Shown in pieces: positions 58,712 through 64,000 of a stretch of 64,000 nucleotides of DNA. This DNA is from Gammaproteobacteria bacterium (GTDB lineage: Bacteria > Pseudomonadota > Gammaproteobacteria > UBA4575). Numbering within the stretch: position 1 is the stretch's first letter; every line of letters starts with the position of its first letter. The stretch spans positions 352,001 to 416,000 of the forward strand of contig CBDCUI010000009.1 in the NCBI GenBank assembly GCA_965222615.1, written 5' to 3'. Position numbers and translations under genes: made by a program. The notes beneath the pieces were generated by a model that saw only the letters and a program-made list of their open reading frames with translations, was not told where the DNA came from and made no database searches.

Positions 58712-59449
58712 CTAGGCCATATATAGGCCGCCATTCACATGAATGGTTTCGCCTGTTATATAGCTGGCTTCTTCAGAAGCCAGAAAGCGTACGGTATGTG
58801 CGATGTCCTGGGCACTGCCCATCCGACCAATAGGAATCTGATTAAGCAGTGCATCTTGTTGTTCTGCATTTAAATCTGCCGTCATATCCGTTTCTATAAA
58901 CCCTGGTGCTATTGCATTGACGGTAATGCCGCGTGACGCGACCTCTTGAGCCAGTGATTTTGTAAAACCAATAATGCCGGCTTTGGCAGCAGTATAATTT
59001 GTTTGCCCTGGATTACCCGAAGCGGCAACCACAGAAGTAATATTAATAATTCGACCTGAACGAGCTTTCATCATGTCACGAAGACATGCTTTAGAAAGTC
59101 GATAAATAGAAGATAAGTTGGTATTGATGACATCTAGCCACTCTTCTTCTTTCATCCGCATAAGTAAATTATCTTTAGTGATGCCTGCATTGTTTACTAA
59201 TATAGTTGGTGCTGGATAATACTTTTTTATTTCTTCGAACAATGTCTTAATAGATTCGTTGTCCGTGACATCTAGAACTAAACCTCTACCCACCATTTTG
59301 GATAAATCTAATTCAGTTTGAATAATATCCGCCCCTTGTTGAGAAGTTGCGGTTCCTATTACAGTTGAACCCTGTTCTGCTAACTCATGTAAAATAGCTT
59401 TACCAATTCCACGGCTAGCACCCGTGACTAATGCAACTCGATTGTCCAT
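58712..59449 (-). CDS. fabG: 3-oxoacyl-ACP reductase
   Basis: TGASRGIG, NNAG, YTAAK. Confidence 0.97.
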   Translation of the reverse strand: MDNRVALVTGASRGIGKAILHELAEQGSTVIGTATSQQGADIIQTELDLSKMVGRGLVLDVTDNESIKTLFEEIKKYYPAPTILVNNAGITKDNLLMRMKEEEWLDVINTNLSSIYRLSKACLRDMMKARSGRIINITSVVAASGNPGQTNYTAAKAGIIGFTKSLAQEVASRGITVNAIAPGFIETDMTADLNAEQQDALLNQIPIGRMGSAQDIAHTVRFLASEEASYITGETIHVNGGLYMA

Positions 59450-59451
59450 TG

Positions 59452-60408
59452 CTACTCAACTACATCATGTAAAAGTTTTTGTATTTGTTCTAATGTTTGC
59501 TCTAAACTTTTTGGGTCATGCACAGCATAACATGGAACTTTACGATCAATTCGTTTGCTAAGACCGGTTAACACCTTTCCTGGTCCCAGTTCGATAAATG
59601 CATTTACACCATCTGCAACCATATGTTGAATGGTTTCAACCCATCGTACCGGATTAAATAATTGCCTATACAGTGCATCTTTAATATCTGACACATTTGT
59701 ATAGGCCTGTACATCAACATTCTGAATTACGTCTATCTGTGGCGAATGCATAGACATATCGTTTAAATAGGCTTGCAGTTTTTCTGCAGCAGGCTGCATT
59801 AAGCTGCTATGTGAAGGAACACTAAGTGGCAAAATCAAAGCACGCTTAGCGCCTGCGGCTTTTGCTAATTCTACTGCTCGGTCTACGGCCTCTGAATTTC
59901 CTGCAATTACGGTCTGTCCCGGCGCATTATAATTAACTGCCTGTACAACTTGCTCTTGTGAAGCTTGTGCGCAAACTTCTGCTAATTGCTGATTATCGAG
60001 ACCCAGTACTGCAGCCATTGCGCCTTGTCCTTCAGGAACTGCTTGTTGCATGACTTGGCCACGATACTTAGCCAGCGGTAATGCAGTGGTAAAATCCAGC
60101 GCACCTGCACAAACCAATGCCGTATATTCCCCAAAGCTATGCCCTGCCATACAGGTAGGCGTAGCCTCAAATTGCTGTTGCCAAATTCTCCAAGTAGCGA
60201 TACTGGCACAAAGCATAATCGGCTGTGTGTTTTCAGTTCGATTTAATTCCTGCTCAGGTCCATCAGTAACTAAATCCCACAAATTTTGACCCAGAACTTC
60301 AGAGCCTTGTTCAAAAGTTTGCTTAACTTCCGGGTATGTGGCCGCTAAATCCACCATCATGCCTAAGGATTGTGAACCTTGTCCGGGAAATATATATGCA
60401 AATGCCAT
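59452..60408 (-). CDS. fabD: Malonyl CoA-ACP transacylase
   Basis: FPGQGSQ, GHSFGE, VPSH. Confidence 0.97.
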   Translation of the reverse strand: MAFAYIFPGQGSQSLGMMVDLAATYPEVKQTFEQGSEVLGQNLWDLVTDGPEQELNRTENTQPIMLCASIATWRIWQQQFEATPTCMAGHSFGEYTALVCAGALDFTTALPLAKYRGQVMQQAVPEGQGAMAAVLGLDNQQLAEVCAQASQEQVVQAVNYNAPGQTVIAGNSEAVDRAVELAKAAGAKRALILPLSVPSHSSLMQPAAEKLQAYLNDMSMHSPQIDVIQNVDVQAYTNVSDIKDALYRQLFNPVRWVETIQHMVADGVNAFIELGPGKVLTGLSKRIDRKVPCYAVHDPKSLEQTLEQIQKLLHDVVE

Positions 60409-60526
60409 GAAAAAATTGTCTAAGAGATGAACAGGTGCTCTACATTGTACTAATAATTCAAATCCCTTGTTTTATTTTTTTGTTCAATGATAATGAGCGC
60501 CGTCTTAAATATATATAAGGAGCATT

Positions 60527-60745
60527 ATGCCTAAAGAAGATCATATTGAAATGGAAGGTACAGTTATAGAAACCTTACCCAATACACAATTTCGTGTTGA
60601 GCTGGAAAACGGTCACGTAGTACTCGCGCACATTTCTGGACGCATGCGCAAGCATTACATCAAGATTTTAACCGGGGATAAGGTCACGGTTGAAATGACC
60701 CCATATGACTTGTCCAAAGGAAGAATTACCTACCGAGGCAAATGA
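60527..60745 (+). CDS. infA: Translation initiation factor IF-1
   Basis: [14 protein letters not shown]...ISGRMR...PYDLSKGRI. Confidence 0.98.
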   Translation: MPKEDHIEMEGTVIETLPNTQFRVELENGHVVLAHISGRMRKHYIKILTGDKVTVEMTPYDLSKGRITYRGK

Positions 60746-60768
60746 CCCAAGTCAAATATAAAGAACTG

Positions 60769-63030
60769 CTAATTTATAACCTCTTCTAGATAATCGATCT
60801 CTAACTCCTCTCCATTCGCCCGCACACATACTTTGCCGCCGTTTTCTAAACGACCAAAGAGAATCTCTTCTGCAAGTGGTTTTTTAATATGTTCTTGTAT
60901 TACTCGTTCCATCGGGCGTGCACCCATTTTCACATCATAACCACGCTCGGCTATCCATTCTTTTGCAGACTGTTCAACTTGAATTTCTACCTTCTTAAGC
61001 TCAAGTTGTGCTTCAAGCTGAGCAACAAACTTGTCCACCACATAAAGAACTGTTTCTTTTTCTAATGGTTCAAATTGAATAATTCCATCAAGACGATTTC
61101 TAAATTCAGGAGTAAATGAACGTTTGATGATTTCCATGCCATCAGCTTGATGATCTTGTTGCGTAAAGCCGACACTAGCACGACTCATTTCTTGTGCGCC
61201 TGCATTGGTCGTCATTACTAAAATCACATTGCGAAAGTCTACTTTTCGACCATTGGTATCCGTCAAGGTGCCATGATCCATGACTTGTAGCAATAAGTTA
61301 AATACATCTGGATGAGCTTTTTCTACCTCATCGAGCAATAACACACAGTGCGGTGACTTGAGTACGGCATCGGTAAGCAAACCGCCCTGATCAAAACCAA
61401 CATAGCCTGGCGGCGCACCAATTAAGCGTGAAACCGTATGGCGCTCCATATATTCAGACATATCAAAACGCAATAGCTCGATTCCTAAAATCATCGAAAG
61501 TTGTCGAGTGACTTCAGTTTTACCTACACCTGTAGGCCCAGCAAACAAAAAGGAACCGATTGGTTTATCTTCATTACCAATTCCTGAACGCGACATTTTA
61601 ATTGCAGTGGCTAAAGTGCCGATGGCCTTATCTTGCCCAAACACAACCAGTTTTAAATCACGTTCTAAGTTCTTGAGTACCTCAGTATCATTCGATGAAA
61701 CATGTTTTGGAGGAATACGTGCCATTTTAGAAACAATTTCTTCGATGTGTTTAACCGATATGGTCTTTTTACGTGCAGACTTAGGCTTCAAGTTCATGTT
61801 TGCTCCGGCCTCGTCAATCACGTCAATAGCCTTATCCGGTAAATGCCTATCGTTAATGTGCTTGGCGGCCAAATCCACGGCAGCTTTTAAGGACTTATCG
61901 GAATAGCGTACATCATGATGCTTTTCAAATCGGCTACGCAACCCTTTTAAAATCTCAAAGGTTTCATCAATACTTGGCTCTTCGATATCTATATTTTGAA
62001 AACGACGTGCCAAGGCACGATCTTTTTCAAATACGCCACGAAATTCTTGATAGGTCGTTGAACCAATACACTTGAGTTCACCGGAACTCAGCATAGGCTT
62101 GATTAGATTCGAAGCATCCATTACACCACCAGAAGCCGACCCAGCTCCAATGACAGTATGGATTTCATCGATAAATAAAATCGCACCTTCTTCTTCTTTC
62201 AGTTGATGCAATACACCTTTAAGGCGTTTTTCAAAATCCCCACGATACTTAGTTCCAGCTACCAAACCACCTAAGTCTAAGGCATAAATAGTGCAATCTT
62301 TTAAAATATCAGGTACTTCATTATCGACAATCTTTTTCGCCAAACCTTCAGCGATGGCAGTTTTACCCACACCTGCTTCACCTACAAGCAATGGGTTGTT
62401 TTTTCTACGTCGGCACAATATTTGAATGGTGCGCTCAATTTCCTTTTCACGTCCAATAAGAGGATCAATTTTTCCTTCAAGGGCTAACTGATTTAAATTG
62501 GAAGCAAAGCGATCCAACGGCTTTGGCGCAGGCGCATCGCCATTCACATCTACTTCTGAATCAGCGGTTAATTCGCTTTCTGAATCAAGGGGCACTTTTG
62601 AAATGCCATGCGCAATGAAATTCACTACATCAAGTCGCGCGACATCGTGTTGACCCAGTAAGTACACTGCATGGGACTCCTGTTCACCAAATATAGCTAC
62701 CAACACATTAGCGCCCGTAACTTCTACTTCTTTTTTACCCGAAGACTGTACATGAAATACTGCACGTTGCAGTACACGCTGAAATCCTAAAGTTGGCTGT
62801 GTATCTCGGTCATCATCATCCGGAAGAATAGGAGTATTGTCTTTAATGAACTCAGTTAATTCATTGGTTAATTTTGATAGATCTATACCACAAGCACGCA
62901 AGACATTGGCCGCAGCAGGATTTTGGGTAAGTGCAAGCAACAAATGCTCTACCGTCATAAATTCATGACGTTTTTCACGCGCTTCTTTAAACGCTAAGTT
63001 CAAAGTAAATTCAAGCTCTTTGTTTAACAT
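60769..63030 (-). CDS. clpA: ATP-dependent Clp protease ATP-binding subunit
   Basis: Two AAA+ modules ([16 protein letters not shown]); follows clpS. Confidence 0.98.
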   Translation of the reverse strand: MLNKELEFTLNLAFKEAREKRHEFMTVEHLLLALTQNPAAANVLRACGIDLSKLTNELTEFIKDNTPILPDDDDRDTQPTLGFQRVLQRAVFHVQSSGKKEVEVTGANVLVAIFGEQESHAVYLLGQHDVARLDVVNFIAHGISKVPLDSESELTADSEVDVNGDAPAPKPLDRFASNLNQLALEGKIDPLIGREKEIERTIQILCRRRKNNPLLVGEAGVGKTAIAEGLAKKIVDNEVPDILKDCTIYALDLGGLVAGTKYRGDFEKRLKGVLHQLKEEEGAILFIDEIHTVIGAGSASGGVMDASNLIKPMLSSGELKCIGSTTYQEFRGVFEKDRALARRFQNIDIEEPSIDETFEILKGLRSRFEKHHDVRYSDKSLKAAVDLAAKHINDRHLPDKAIDVIDEAGANMNLKPKSARKKTISVKHIEEIVSKMARIPPKHVSSNDTEVLKNLERDLKLVVFGQDKAIGTLATAIKMSRSGIGNEDKPIGSFLFAGPTGVGKTEVTRQLSMILGIELLRFDMSEYMERHTVSRLIGAPPGYVGFDQGGLLTDAVLKSPHCVLLLDEVEKAHPDVFNLLLQVMDHGTLTDTNGRKVDFRNVILVMTTNAGAQEMSRASVGFTQQDHQADGMEIIKRSFTPEFRNRLDGIIQFEPLEKETVLYVVDKFVAQLEAQLELKKVEIQVEQSAKEWIAERGYDVKMGARPMERVIQEHIKKPLAEEILFGRLENGGKVCVRANGEELEIDYLEEVIN

Positions 63031-63045
63031 CTTACACCTAAGTTG

Positions 63046-63366
63046 TTAGGCTTCTTCCATAGCACACAGCAACGGATGGTTATTCATTCGTGAGTAGTCG
63101 TTTACTTGAGCCACTTTCGTCTCAGCAACATCACGAGTAAAAACCCCACACACTCCTTTTCCTCGTGTATGGACATGCAGCATGATTCGTGTAGCTTTTT
63201 CTCTGTTCATCTTAAAAAAGTTCTCTAATATATGTACAACAAACTCCATTGGTGTGTAATCATCATTTAACAATACAACTTTGTACATCGGAGGCTTTTT
63301 GGTTTTTGGCTTAGCCTCTTGTATGGCCAATTCATCATCATGGCGAATTTGTTCTTGATCAGACAT
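63046..63366 (-). CDS. clpS: Clp protease adaptor
   Basis: [16 protein letters not shown]. Confidence 0.98.
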   Translation of the reverse strand: MSDQEQIRHDDELAIQEAKPKTKKPPMYKVVLLNDDYTPMEFVVHILENFFKMNREKATRIMLHVHTRGKGVCGVFTRDVAETKVAQVNDYSRMNNHPLLCAMEEA

Positions 63367-63659
63367 ACTCGATATTTAAAGCTTGAAATGAATATTATAT
63401 TCAGCACTAATTTGCCGCCTAGCAACAATATCTAAAATGCACCATTTGGCCTACCCAAACGTTAAGCCAATGATTATTTATAAGATTTGTGCACAATAAG
63501 TAAGTTTCAAGCCTTACCTATATTATAGTTTAAATTAATAATATAACCTATTGAAAATATGAATTATTACACCTATTTAATAAGCAGTAATTTCACCTGT
63601 GAAAGCGGTTTTTTACATATTCACCGCCATATCTCATTTCATCAGTCTTTGAGCTTGTC

Positions 63660-64000
63660 ATGAATTGGCAGCCACACATCACTGTCGCCGCAGTTATCGA
63701 GCGTGAGCAAAAATACCTCCTGGTTGAGGAACGCGCCGAAGGTCAGATAGTATTTAATCAGCCTGCAGGGCATTGGGAACGTGGTGAAACGCTTCTCGAG
63801 GCAGCCGCACGCGAAACTTTGGAAGAAACGGGTTGGGAGTTTTTTCCATCTGCATTAGTTGGCATTTACCGTTGGCAACATCCCAAAAAGGATGAAACTT
63901 TTTTGCGTTTTACATTTTGTGGCAACACCGGAGCAAAACAGATTAATAATAACTTGGATGACGGTATCATCAGTGCAAACTGGTATAGCGCGGATGAAAT
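63660..64000 (+). CDS. NUDIX hydrolase (NudJ-like), truncated by the window end
   Basis: Manual translation MNWQPHITVAAVI...FNQPAGHWERGETLLEAAARETLEETG. Confidence 0.9.
   Translation, partial: MNWQPHITVAAVIEREQKYLLVEERAEGQIVFNQPAGHWERGETLLEAAARETLEETGWEFFPSALVGIYRWQHPKKDETFLRFTFCGNTGAKQINNNLDDGIISANWYSADE

Noticed and set aside
1160-61906. Numerous antisense or overlapping ORFs in the track (e.g. 25679-26275, 39086-39622, 47570-48025, 49453-49902, 61508-61906)
   Set aside because: They shadow well-supported genes on the other strand or frame and show no recognisable motifs
1-64000. tRNA or rRNA genes
   Set aside because: I found no cloverleaf/T-loop signature or rRNA-like segment in the intergenic regions by eye; tRNAscan and Infernal would be needed to exclude them formally

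Overview
AT-rich gammaproteobacterial chromosomal window. Housekeeping and envelope genes flank the central region: ppk2, ackA-pta, cfa, bioA and fadIJ on the left; sucAB-lpd, pilZ-holB-tmk-mltG-pabC, the fab genes, infA and clpSA on the right. The centre is a sedentary chromosomal integron. An intact intI (45309-46292, +) sits beside an attI crossover at 45178/45177 and a ~13 kb minus-strand cassette array (~32.1-45.2 kb), in which I can read about 22 attC sites or remnants by eye. The most unusual signal is how the array is decaying. Four consecutive attC sites, plus a fifth truncated one, have lost the same base, the G of the R' GTT crossover triplet (G>A), which would weld five cassettes into one block. 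Two other attC sites are collapsed to ~20 bp. Cargo includes an orphan CdiI-type immunity gene, a PD-(D/E)XK nuclease, an AlkD-like protein, methyltransferases and many unknown secreted or membrane proteins. A brnTA toxin-antitoxin pair with a perfect 41-bp palindrome lies just downstream of intI. A palindromic MITE family (ends GGAAGCTCTGATTTAT) is scattered through the window, and two of its ends bracket a RimK-like ATP-grasp/7TM/peptidase operon. All calls come from manual reading and family recognition; no database searches or folding programs were run.
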